Assembly: GCA_016714985.1 (NCBI GenBank)
Contig: JADKBS010000032.1
Span: 11,036 to 75,035 of the forward strand
Direction of reading: 5' to 3'
DNA: 64,000 bases
Source of the DNA: Saprospiraceae bacterium
GTDB lineage: Bacteria > Bacteroidota > Bacteroidia > Chitinophagales > Saprospiraceae
The stretch's first letter is position 1. Every line of letters starts with the position of its first letter. Both the position numbers and the translations under genes were made by a program. Positions 28,418 through 38,700 of the stretch are shown in pieces. The notes under the pieces were generated by a model. It saw nothing but the letters and a program-made list of their open reading frames with translations, was not told where the DNA came from and did no database searches.

Positions 28418-30083
28418 ATGCAAAAAAGAAACATTTTCATCCCAGCAATCCTCTTTTTACTGCCCCTGCTTGGCCAAGCACAAGCCTGGAAATGGGCCAA
28501 AAGCCTTGGCCAGTCCAATAACATCACCACCGTCAAGAACATCCGGCCCTACACGGGTACGCAGGTGCTGGTCAGCGGCAATTTTGCGGCAAGCACCCTC
28601 ACGCTCGGCAGCCAAACCCTCTCCAACGCCGGGCAAGACGACGGCTACGTGGCCATCGTGGACGATTGGGGCGAATATGCTTGGGCCGCCAAATTCGGCG
28701 GTTCGGGTCAAGACTTCGTGGTGGATGCCGCCGCCGCTTCCAACGGCGATTTCGTGGTGGCGGGCAATTTCAAGAGCATCACAATTACCATCGGCGGCAC
28801 GAACCTGAGCAACAGCGGCGAGACCGACGCCTTTGTTGCGAAGTACAACGCCGACAAGACCCTCGCCTGGGCCAAGAAAATCGGCAGTGCAGATATTGAC
28901 GAAGTGGGCAATGTGGCCATGGATGCCGATGGCAATACCTATGTCTCTGGGCTTGTGCTGGATAAATTCACCAATGCCATCAAGCATTATTTCGTCCGAA
29001 AATTGGACGCTGCTGGCAACCAGGTTTGGGAACGGAAGGGTGAGACAACGGGCGGCTATCCGCAGACCGGACTAGCACTCGACGACGACCAAAATGTTTA
29101 CCTCGGCGGCTCCGTTTTCGGTACAGCGACCTTTGGCAACACCACCATGACGAGCGACACGAGCTATGGGGCGTTCATCGTGAAATACAACTCCGCTGGT
29201 TCCCTAATTGATACCTACCTCAATACGGGTATTGACAAGTTCAACAGCATAACTGCACAGGCAGGCAATGTTTTTGCCTGTGGTGAGAAAATCAACGGCT
29301 GCATAGGTTGGGGTTGGCCACTTTCCCACTCAAAGACCCATGTGGTAAAAATTGATGCAAATCTTAATACTGTTTGGCATAAAACAGCAGGAGGAGAACA
29401 CCCTTGCCAGAGCTACGACATCGCCAAAAGCCTCAGCGTGGACGACGAAGGGAACGTCTATGTCACAGGCAGTTTTTTCAGTCCTGCCCTTGAATTTGCT
29501 GGCGATTCGCTGCGCAATTCTTTCAATTTGGAATATTACTACCCGCAAATCTTTGTGTTCAAATACTCGCCCAACGGCAATGAGCTTTGGGGGAAATCCC
29601 TCGGCGGCATCCACTTGGACGAGGCAACCTGCATCCATGCCTTCGGCGACGACAAGTTCTACCTCGGTGGCAATTTCGAGTCCGACCCCCGCCGGTTTCG
29701 GAGCCTACAACCTGCGCAACACAGGCAGTTTGGATTCCATTTACGTTCACTTGCGGCCTGCCCGCTATGGGCGCAAGTCAATGGGCTTTTTGGCCGTCTT
29801 CGACAAAAATGTGAGCAGCACTTTGCCGGAACCAGCCTTTGAGGAGGTGGCCATCTTCCCGAACCCCACCAACGGCTTTGTCACGGTGCGCCTGAAAGCC
29901 CCAACCAATTCGCCGCTGGCTTTCCAGCTCCATGCTGCGGATGGTCGTTTGCTCCGCAAAACAACCCACAATGACCCAACTATTGAACTGAGAGAGGACT
30001 TGACGGGGCTACCGCCGGGCTTGTATTTCGTGACCTTGCGAACGGAGGAAGGGGTGTTTGTGGGGAAAATTGTGAAAAACTAA
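28418..30083 (+). CDS. Secreted beta-propeller (SBBP-like repeat) protein with a T9SS C-terminal domain. The frame is broken at the C-run 29686-29690.
   Basis: The start at 28418 gives MQKRNIFIPAILFLLPLLGQAQA. Repeats of the form 'D..GNxYVxG.F' are present. Frame 2 reads '...GGNFESDP' and frame 3 then continues 'AGFGAYNLRNTGSLDSIYV...' to 'VAIFPNPTNGFVTVRL...LYFVTLRTEEGVFVGKIV' (T9SS CTD). Removing one C from the C5 run restores a single ORF. Confidence 0.75.
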
Positions 30084-30112
30084 TTGACCGCCATATTACG
30101 ATTGGGGGTTCG

Positions 30113-30210
30113 TAGGGCGTTGCCCAACGCTAACATATTGCGCCCTTTCAGGGCTTGATGCAATGATAGCCCTGAAAGGGCGCAATATACTAGCATAGGG
30201 CAACGCCCTA
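30113..30210. repeat. 98-bp imperfect palindrome (two 43-nt inverted arms), MITE/REP-like
   Basis: Left arm: tagggcgttgcccaacgctaacatattgcgccctttcagggct. Right arm: agccctgaaagggcgcaatatactagcatagggcaacgcccta. The outer 13 nt and inner 20 nt are perfectly complementary. The arms also contain local hairpins (GGGC-GTT-GCCC and GCCC-TTTCA-GGGC). Confidence 0.85.
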
Positions 30211-30217
30211 TGAATGT

Positions 30218-30270
30218 GAAACCATAAAACCATAAAACCATGAAACCATGTAACCATGTCCCATAAAACA
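30218..30270. repeat. Degenerating tandem 8-mer array (AAACCATA/G)
   Basis: gaaaccata aaaccata aaaccatg aaaccatg taaccatg tcccataaaaca. It lies between the palindrome and the CotH gene start. Confidence 0.85.
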
Positions 30271-30310
30271 ACGTGACCATCAAATATCTCATCCAAAAAA
30301 TTGATTTCCA

Positions 30311-33300
30311 ATGTTTAGCAACCAAATAAAACATAATATCGCCATCATCGCAATGGCAGTCTGCACCATCCACCAAACCCACGCCCAACTCCAAATCAAC
30401 GAACTGCTCGCCATCAACACCACCGTCGCCTACGACCCCGATTTTGGCGAGTTCTCCGATTTTGTGGAGCTTCGCAATGCCTCCGACGCTCCCATCAACC
30501 TCGCTGGCTATACCCTCACCGACGACCCCACCGACGAGGGCAAGTGGGCGCTGCCAGCCCTCGAACTTGCACCCGGCCAGCACCTCCTCATCTGGACGGA
30601 CGGGCTGGACAAGCGCCCCGGTGATACGGCTTTCGTTTTCTATAAAAATGCGGTGCAAACCATGACCGCACTCCATGCCAATTTCCGCCTGAGTGGGGAC
30701 GGGGAGTACATTGGCCTGTTCAGTCCACAAGGCAGTTTGGTGGATGAACTCACTTATTGCATACAAACCAGCGATGTTTCCTACGGGCGCAATTATATAG
30801 CTGCTTCACAATGGCTGTACTTCGGGGAGCCAACACCCGGCACCGCCAATTCCCCCTTCGGCTCGGCGATGATGGAGACGCCTGGCGAGCCTGTTTTTTC
30901 CTTGCAGGAAGGTTTTTATCCGACCCCACAACTGCTGCAACTGACCACACAGGAGCCGGGCGCCGTTATCCGTTTCACTTACGATGGCACCATGCCGAAT
31001 AGCAGTTCGCCCATCTTCACCGACGATTTTGAGATGAACCTCAACCTCACCATCAAGGCGAGGCTCTACGTGCCGGGCAAGATGCCGGGCAAGGTGGTCA
31101 CGAAGACTTATTTCATCAACGAGAACAACCAGTTGCCTGTGCTGTCCATCAGCGCCAACGCCGACAACCTCTACGGCTTCGATTTTGGCATCCTGCAAAA
31201 TGCCATCAAGGATCGGGAAGTGCCCGCCACCATTGAGTATTTCGAGCCGGGCACGGGCGAGCGGGCGTTCCTCGCTGGCGTGGGGATTCGGGTCTTCGGT
31301 ACCTCCATTTACAACCTGCCGCAGCGCCCGCTTTCCGTTCGTTTTCGGGAAAAATACGGCGACGAAATCCTGAAATACCCGCTCTTCGAGGGCAAGCCCA
31401 TTCCCCGTTACTCGGCTTTTTTGCTCCGCAATGGCGGCAACGACTACAACACCGCCTACTTCCGGGACGGGCTAGGCGTCAACCTCGTCAAGGGCAAAAT
31501 GGAAGTAGACTACCAAGACTACAAGCCCTGCATCGTGTTCATCAACGGCCAGTACAACGGAGTCTATGAGCTACGGGAACGCCTCGACGAGCAGTACATC
31601 GGCAGCAACCACGAAATCAATTCCGACAACCTCGACTACCTTGAGGACAGCCTGAACGTGGTGGCGGGCGACCCCTACGACTTCCTTGCTTTGATGGATT
31701 TTGTGAAAAACAACGACTTGAGCGAACCTGCCGTTTTCGACAAGGTCGCTGCCCAAATTGACCTCAACGAATTCACCAACTACCTGATTCTCAGGGCTTT
31801 CATCGGCTACCAAATCGCCGACCTCAACAACCGCTACTGGCACAACAACGACACAAACGGCAAATGGCGCTGGATTGCCGCCGACCTCGAACACGGCTTC
31901 GGGCAGCTTGGCGGCGACCCCGTCGAGGCGAACACCATCGCCAAGCTGGCGGGCCTCTCCGGTGATTTGCCCGAATGGGCGACTCTCCTCTTCCACCAAC
32001 TGCTGCAAAACCCCGGCTTCCGGGACGGCTTCATCCAACGCTCGGCGGCGTACCTGAACACGATTTTTAGCCCAACCACCACCATCGCCACGGTGGACAG
32101 CCTGAAAAACCTGCTGCAACCCCAAATGCCCCGCCACATCGGCCGCTGGAGTTCGCCGCCGAGCATGGCCACTTGGCAGGGGAATGTCAACCAAATCAAG
32201 GCTTTTTTGCAAAACAGGCCGGGATATTACCGCCAACATTTGACCGATTTATTTGGTAAACAGGACGGCGCAATGGTTTCGATGGAAATAATCGGGCAGG
32301 GAAAAGTGCTGGTCAGCGGCGTGGCTTTTACCGAAAACATGAGCGGCCCATTTTTCAAAAATGCCAATATCACGCTGCAAGCCGTGCCAGCGCCCGGCCA
32401 CCGTTTCGTGGCGTGGCAGGGACTGAACAGCACGGACGAAAACGCCAGCCTAACGCCCCTTGACGACACGGCATTCGTGGCGGTTTTTGCGCCGCAAAAC
32501 GGAGTCAGCATCATCCCACCCGTCATTTCCTCTGACACGACCTTGGCCGCAGCCGCCTCGCCCTGGTACGGCTTCGAGGATGTGACCGTGCAGCCCGGTG
32601 CCCGCCTCACCGTAGAAGCCGGTGCTACGCTCCTGCTCACCGATGGCGTCTGCTTTGACGTGCAGGGCGGCCTGAAATTGGACGGCTCGCCCAACCAGCG
32701 CATCAGCATCCAGCCCGACCCATCGCCCTCTGCGAGGCGCTCGTTTTATGGGCAATCGGGCCGCTGGGGCAGCATCATGGCGGATGCGCCGACGGACAGC
32801 CTCATCGTCCGTTACACCGACCTTCGGGGCGGCAGTTTCGGGCGGGACAGGGGCCGCCATTTTTCCATCATCTCCGCTTACAGCACCAACCTGCGGGTGG
32901 AGCACTCGACCATTGCCGAAGGCAAAGCACCCCTGATTGCTAGGGGCGGCAGCGCTTACATTGGGCACTCGGAGTTCCATACTTTTTCGAGTGTCAACGG
33001 CTTCATCAGCCTCTACGACATGGACGCCCCGCTCATCGAGCATTGCGTTTTCAGGGGCAACCGTGCCATCAATACCGACGCCATTGACATCAAGGGCACC
33101 ACGAACGGGGTGGTGCGGCAGAACGAGGTTTACGGTTTCCTCGGCTCCAATTGCGACGGCATTGACCTCGGCATTTATTCGCAAAACATCCTCGTGGAGC
33201 GGAACATCATCCACGATTGCTCGGACAAGGGCATTTCTATTGGTTCGCAGTCCAATGCGCTCGTGCGCCGCAACGTGATTTACGACTGTGACCTCGGCGT

Positions 33301-34879
33301 GGCGCTGAAGGACAGCCTTGCCGTCGCCCAAATTGACCAGAACACGTTTTACGGCAACCGCATCGCAGTGGCTTGCTATGAAAAAAGCGCCCTGCGGGGC
33401 GGTGGAAAAGCCTTCGTGAAAAACACGATTTTGGCAGCCAGCACCGAGGCGAGCCTGTTTTTCGATGCAAAATCCGAGATTCAGGCCAGCTACTCGCTCT
33501 CCGACCGGGAGGCGCTGCCCGGCACGGGCAACCTGCACGCAGACCCCCTGCTCGTCCACCCGACGACGGGCAATTTCGAGCTGGCCGCCAACTCGCCCTG
33601 CATTGACGCTGGCGACCCATTCTCTCCCAACGACCCCGACGGCAGCACCGCCGACATGGGCGCCTACTATACCCACACGGGCAGCTTCGGGCTGACGCTA
33701 CACGTCAACGAGTTCAATTACCATCCGCCCTTCAACTACCCCACGGGCGACTGGGTGGAACTGCACAACCGCACCGACCAACCGATTGACCTCACGGGCT
33801 GGCGCATGGCGCAGGGGCTGTACGAGTTTGTTTTTCGTGAAAATGCGGTGGTCGCTCCGGGCGGCTACCACGTGGTTTGTCAGGACACGGCGCAGTTCCG
33901 TGCCTTCCATCCCGATGCTGGCGCAATTGCCGGGAGTTTCCATTTTGACCTCAACAACAAGTCGGGCAAAATCGCCTTGTACGACCCGTCGGGCAGGCTT
34001 GTCCACAGCGTCCGCTATGCCGATTATCGCCCCTGGCCGCCACTTGCCGACGGGGATGGCGCTACCGTGGAACTCGACCAAAACCAAGAAGGCAACCTGC
34101 CCACCGATTGGCGGGAAAGCTATATGCTGCTGGGCAGCCCCGGCGAGCCGAACAGCCGACCTCTGGATATTTCGGGCTTGTTCGTGAATGAAGCCTTGGC
34201 CGCCAACACCAGCATCCTGCCTGACGAGCAGGGCGAATACGACGATTGGTTCGAGCTGTACAATGCCTCAGACGCCCCGCTGAACGTGGGCGGGCTGTGC
34301 TTCACCGACGATGAGGACGAGCCGTGCCGTTGGCAATTGCCGCTGCATTTCCCCGAACAGACGACCATCCTGCCGCACGGCTTCCTGCTGCTTTGGGCGG
34401 ATGGGGAGCCGGAACAGGGGCTGTTCCATGCCGATTTCAGGTTGAGCGCCGCTGGCGAAATGGTGGCCGTTTTTCAAAGGGATGGCGCAAGCTATGGCGA
34501 AAGGGAACGGCTTTCATTTGCGCAGCAAAGCCCCAATGTGGCGTGGGGCCGCTACCCGGACGGCAGTGCGGAACTGCGCTTCATGTACCCGACGCCGGGT
34601 GCTACGAATGTGGCTTCGGGCGTGGAGTCGTCGGGGGTTGAAGCCTTGGTGATGTTTCCCAACCCGTTTTCGGAGCAGCTTTTTATTGATGCGGGTGAGG
34701 TGGAGAAGCCTTACCGGGTGATGGTGGTGAATGCACTCGGGCAGGTTGTTTTTGAGGGGGATGGCTTGCGGGAGGAAACGGCCATTTTGCAACGAAACGC
34801 TCTGCCTGCGGGGCTTTATACGGTGGTTTTGGTGGATGCTGGGGAGAGCAGGTATGTGGGGAAGGTGGTGGTGGAGTGA
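30311..34879 (+). CDS. Giant secreted CotH-kinase-family protein with three lamin-tail (LTD) domains, a right-handed beta-helix region and a T9SS C-terminal domain
   Basis: LTD-type segments: 'LQINELLAINTTVAYDPDFGEFSDFVELRNASDAPINLAGYTLTDD', 'LHVNEFNYHPP...DWVELHNRTDQPIDLTGW' and 'LFVNEALAANTSILPDEQGEYDDWFELYNASDAPLNVGGLCFTDD'. The CotH core reads 'RFREKYG...LLRNGGNDYNTAYFRDGLG...IVFINGQYNGVYELRERLDEQY'. The C-terminus is 'LVMFPNPFSEQLFID...LYTVVLVD'. Confidence 0.8.
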   Translation: MFSNQIKHNIAIIAMAVCTIHQTHAQLQINELLAINTTVAYDPDFGEFSDFVELRNASDAPINLAGYTLTDDPTDEGKWALPALELAPGQHLLIWTDGLDKRPGDTAFVFYKNAVQTMTALHANFRLSGDGEYIGLFSPQGSLVDELTYCIQTSDVSYGRNYIAASQWLYFGEPTPGTANSPFGSAMMETPGEPVFSLQEGFYPTPQLLQLTTQEPGAVIRFTYDGTMPNSSSPIFTDDFEMNLNLTIKARLYVPGKMPGKVVTKTYFINENNQLPVLSISANADNLYGFDFGILQNAIKDREVPATIEYFEPGTGERAFLAGVGIRVFGTSIYNLPQRPLSVRFREKYGDEILKYPLFEGKPIPRYSAFLLRNGGNDYNTAYFRDGLGVNLVKGKMEVDYQDYKPCIVFINGQYNGVYELRERLDEQYIGSNHEINSDNLDYLEDSLNVVAGDPYDFLALMDFVKNNDLSEPAVFDKVAAQIDLNEFTNYLILRAFIGYQIADLNNRYWHNNDTNGKWRWIAADLEHGFGQLGGDPVEANTIAKLAGLSGDLPEWATLLFHQLLQNPGFRDGFIQRSAAYLNTIFSPTTTIATVDSLKNLLQPQMPRHIGRWSSPPSMATWQGNVNQIKAFLQNRPGYYRQHLTDLFGKQDGAMVSMEIIGQGKVLVSGVAFTENMSGPFFKNANITLQAVPAPGHRFVAWQGLNSTDENASLTPLDDTAFVAVFAPQNGVSIIPPVISSDTTLAAAASPWYGFEDVTVQPGARLTVEAGATLLLTDGVCFDVQGGLKLDGSPNQRISIQPDPSPSARRSFYGQSGRWGSIMADAPTDSLIVRYTDLRGGSFGRDRGRHFSIISAYSTNLRVEHSTIAEGKAPLIARGGSAYIGHSEFHTFSSVNGFISLYDMDAPLIEHCVFRGNRAINTDAIDIKGTTNGVVRQNEVYGFLGSNCDGIDLGIYSQNILVERNIIHDCSDKGISIGSQSNALVRRNVIYDCDLGVALKDSLAVAQIDQNTFYGNRIAVACYEKSALRGGGKAFVKNTILAASTEASLFFDAKSEIQASYSLSDREALPGTGNLHADPLLVHPTTGNFELAANSPCIDAGDPFSPNDPDGSTADMGAYYTHTGSFGLTLHVNEFNYHPPFNYPTGDWVELHNRTDQPIDLTGWRMAQGLYEFVFRENAVVAPGGYHVVCQDTAQFRAFHPDAGAIAGSFHFDLNNKSGKIALYDPSGRLVHSVRYADYRPWPPLADGDGATVELDQNQEGNLPTDWRESYMLLGSPGEPNSRPLDISGLFVNEALAANTSILPDEQGEYDDWFELYNASDAPLNVGGLCFTDDEDEPCRWQLPLHFPEQTTILPHGFLLLWADGEPEQGLFHADFRLSAAGEMVAVFQRDGASYGERERLSFAQQSPNVAWGRYPDGSAELRFMYPTPGATNVASGVESSGVEALVMFPNPFSEQLFIDAGEVEKPYRVMVVNALGQVVFEGDGLREETAILQRNALPAGLYTVVLVDAGESRYVGKVVVE

Positions 34880-34952
34880 AAACCAAATATACTAAAAATT
34901 GGCGGTTTGCCTTGCTTTGTTTTATTTTGGGCATCCATTCAAAGGATTCCAA

Positions 34953-35114
34953 ATGTCCGAATTCCTTGGAGGTCTCGCAGTCGAAATCATTGGTTCCCTG
35001 ATAGATAAGGCAGGCACGTACCTTCGGCAGATCATGCGGCAGCACCAAGGGGATATTCAGGTGATGAGCGAGGTGGGGAGGGGGACGATTTTGACGTTGA
35101 TATTCCTCGATTAA
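34953..35114 (+). pseudogene. Chimeric remnant: a paralogous STAND N-terminus (about 26 codons) fused to the last ~27 codons of a histidine kinase
   Basis: MSEFLGGLAVEIIGSLIDKAGTYLRQ compares with MSAFLEGIAVEIIGSLIDKAGTFVAGQ at the start of the STAND gene at 35774. My rough hand comparison of the DNA gives about three-quarters identity, and both ATGs are preceded by CCATTCAA about 15 nt upstream. The tail 'QGDIQVMSEVGRGTILTLIFLD*' is a typical HATPase_c C-terminus. Confidence 0.7.
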
Positions 35115-35172
35115 TGCTTAAAATCGGGCTTTATCCACGCCATTTCGAGGTATTCTTTGTGCAAGACGAATC

Positions 35173-35472
35173 TCATTGGCTCAATTGAGATAATAGCAAG
35201 TCAATCGGTTCGGTGATGTTGATTTCCTTGACCAATTGGTCGAACCGCTCCCGGTTGACGCCTTTGTAGTTCCTAGCTTTCTTCAACGCCTCAATATCCA
35301 AGGTCTTTGCGATGGGCCGCCGCAGGTTATCGAGAGGGTCTTTTCCGTTTTTCACCTTTTGCTCGGCCTGCTTTTCAATGACAACGTGGACGCTCTCCAA
35401 ATTCATTGAATTCAGTACGCTGAGCAGCTGCGCCATGTCGTTTGGATTGCCTACTTCTATTGTTACTCGCAT
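35173..35472 (-). CDS. Small helical hypothetical protein (antitoxin-like Bacteroidota family, unnamed)
   Basis: The ATG at 35472 gives MRVTIEVGNPNDMAQLLSVLNSMNLESVHVV...DIEALKKARNYKGVNRERFDQLVKEINITEPIDLLLSQL (99 aa). The layout resembles small proteins I have seen in Bacteroidota, but I cannot name the family. Confidence 0.5.
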   Translation of the reverse strand: MRVTIEVGNPNDMAQLLSVLNSMNLESVHVVIEKQAEQKVKNGKDPLDNLRRPIAKTLDIEALKKARNYKGVNRERFDQLVKEINITEPIDLLLSQLSQ

Positions 35473-35773
35473 GGTTTGGTGCTTTTGAATTTGAAAAAGT
35501 CCCGTCAATACAGGGTTGTTTCGACTTCAAAGGTATCGCTTTCTGGGGAATATTGCCTTTGAAGTTCCGAAGTCAAGTTCTGGGGGATACTTTGGAGAAA
35601 GGCGCACTTGGCTTGTTGAGCGCAGAAAGCGGCCACAATGCAATTGCAAATCGTAAGCGAAGGGGGAATGATTTTGTGGGGTAGGGCTTCTTTCATCCTT
35701 GTCAAGACAATCAGTTCTACATGGGATTTCTCAAATCATTGCCCTATCTTGCCCCTCCATTCAACCACTCTAT

Positions 35774-38700
35774 ATGTCAGCATTTTTGGAAGGCATCGCC
35801 GTAGAAATCATAGGCTCCCTGATAGACAAGGCGGGCACCTTCGTCGCCGGGCAGGCTGGCAACCGCATTGACTGGAAAGTTTGGAAAAACAAGTACAAAT
35901 TTACTGACAACGAAAGCGACTTCCTCGACCGCTATGCGGAAGCATTGATAACGTTGAACGAAGCAGGCAAACCCAAAGAACTGCTCCAATTTTATGGCCG
36001 TGAGCACGTTATCCAAATCATCCATGATTACTGGTACGGGGAACTTGATACACCCACTTTTGAAAAGAAATTCAATGACCTTATCCATTGGTTCACCATT
36101 GATAAACAACTCACTGATTTCAATGCAGCCAAAGAGATATTTTTCTTCCTCACCCATTACCGCAAAGCAGTAAACGAAAACCGCACAGCGGGCGAAACCG
36201 AAGTTTACCAGCTTTTGCTGGAAATACTCAAGGAAGTAAGGCAGGGAAATCAAAGGAAGACGAGCGAACTATACGACCAAGTCTTCATCTATGCCAACCG
36301 TTCCGACCAAGCTTGGGTGGAACGGGAACTACTGCCAAGACTGGATGAAGTCGGGTCGAAATACCATACGGACTTTCGGGTTTATAGTACAGACGACTTC
36401 CCCAATTGGAAGGAAAAAGTCAAGACTTGCCGAAATACTATCGTTGTCTATTCTCAAAACCTATCAGAAGACGAACGCCGATTGGTAGATGGCTTTATAA
36501 GCTTGGAGCGCCCCGAACTCGTGGCCGACAAACTGTTGCCCTTCAAACTGGACGATGTGCAAGTTCCTGAAAAACTGAGGGAAGCGTACGATTTTACTAA
36601 CACAGCAAGCAGCACTGCCGCTTGGCGAAGGCTTGGCGTTTCTTTTGCACGAAAAGCGGTTGAAGCTCCCATAACTTATCCGCCGCTGGATGCCAAGCTT
36701 ATAGATATCACTAGCCTTCCCAATGGCGGCATCCCCGGCCTGTTGTTTGGCAGGCAAACCGAATTGGCCTTGCTGGACAAAGCCTGGGAAGACTCCAACT
36801 GCCATGTCATCTGCTTTACGGCACAGGGCGGGCAGGGCAAGTCGGCGCTTATCAACCGATGGCTGGACGATATGTGCAAGGACAATTATCGTGGTGCTGA
36901 ACGGGTATTCGCCACTTCATTTTGCAGCCAAGGCACGGGCGAACGGGTCACCTCCGCCGACCAGTTCATCAATGCCGCCTTGAAATGGTTTGAGGAGCGG
37001 GCGGCAAGTGAGGGCAGCACTTCGAGTGACACCCTCACTACGACCGACACCCCCACCTCCCCTTGGGAAAAAGGCAAACGCCTCGCCCGCCTAGTCGCCG
37101 AACACCGCTGTCTGCTCATCCTCGATGGACTGGAACCCCTCCAAGAAGGTGGTGTGGTGGATACGGGCAAAATCAAAGACCCGGCCCTTTTCGTGTTGGT
37201 ACGTGAACTTGCCCGGCGAAACAATGGCGGGCTTTGCATTATTACCAGTCGTCTGCCACTTGCTGGCTTGGAGCGTCAAGCGGCCCATATCCAGCAAGAA
37301 AATCTTGAACATTTGTCCTCGGAAGCAGGCAAGCATATACTTCGCTTCGCTGGGGTGCGGGGCAGTGATGAAGCACTTGAAGCAACAGTATCTTCCTTTG
37401 GAAACCATGCCCTTGCGATAAACCTGCTGAGTGCTTGGCTCTATGCGCAGCCGGGACACAAAATCGAAGATGCTAAGCTCATTCCTGACTTACCGGAAAT
37501 TTCCGTGGAGAAGGGCAAGCATCCCCGGCGGGTGATAGCAGCATTTGAGCGCTGGCTAATTGAAAATGGAAAAACCGAAGCTGCCGGGTCTTGCAATTGT
37601 TGGGTTTATTTGACCGTCCCATTTCTAAAGAAGTCATCGCCGTAGCCGATCCCTCGCTGAACCTATCCGATGCGCTGGCTGTATTGCGTCGCCACCACTT
37701 AATTTTCGAGGAAAGCCGTCATGACCCAGAGGAGGTAGATTGCCATCCATTGATAAGGGAACATTTTGAGGAGTTGTTTCAAAAGGAGCAGTCGGAGCAA
37801 TGGAAGGCGGCACATGGGGCGTTGTACGAATATTACAAGGCGCTGCCGGAGAAACTATACGGGAAGTATTTGCCGGATACGTTGGAGGAGATGGAGTACT
37901 TATATCAAGCAGTAGTGTATGGGTGTAAAGCGGAATTACATCCAGAAGTTTTAGATGAAATATACTCTGCGAGAATTAGAAGAAGATTAATAGCATATTC
38001 ATTTAAACTCGGAGCATTTAGTTCTGACTTAGCTGCTTTGTCTCATTTCTTTGAAAAGCCTTGGGAGAAACCAGTGCAATCTCTTGGAACAGATTGGCAG
38101 GCTGTAACTTTAAGTTGGGCTGGGTACTGTTTCAAAAGTTTAGGCAAACTTTATGAAGCTACAATAACAACAAAAAGTGCATTTGAAATATTTGTAGAAA
38201 GGGAGGAATGGTCAGAGTGTTCTTTAAATGCTTCTAACTTGAGCGAAATGTTTCTTTTAAGAGGTGATGTTAAAAAGGCAATTTTATACGGTCGAAAATC
38301 CAGTGTAATTGTAGAGAAAGAAAATAAATGGAAGTCCAGCGTAGTATGTAATTTGCAATATGGGAATGCTTTGTATCATGCAAATAAGATTAAAGAAGCA
38401 AAGAAGTATTTCCTCAAAGCTGAATACAGTTTGCAATCAAATGGTAAAATTAAATACTTATATCCTTATCAAAGTTTTTTTTATTGCGAAATACTCATAG
38501 AAAAAGGAGGGCATAAGGAGGCAATTATAAGAGCAAAATCAGCTTTAAAAATTGCAAATGAATTAGGATTATTGTCTGCATCAATGTGGAAATTGAACTT
38601 AGGAAAAATATACAATTCTCTTCAAGAAACTGGCATATTAGACTCAATGTTTGAGGATGCAATCCAAAATTTCAATCAAAGCATAATCGGCATTCGGACA

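Noticed and set aside
32450-33676. 408-aa minus-strand ORF, plus 31571..32239 and 33698..34087
   Set aside because: They are antisense to the CotH/LTD giant gene, are low-complexity and Arg/Gly/Ala-rich, and have no recognisable domains.
35505-35705. 66-aa minus-strand ORF upstream of the antitoxin-like gene (possible partner)
   Set aside because: It has Cys/Gln-rich odd composition and no motif, and it lies in the divergent promoter region of the STAND gene. I kept it only as a remark, not a feature.
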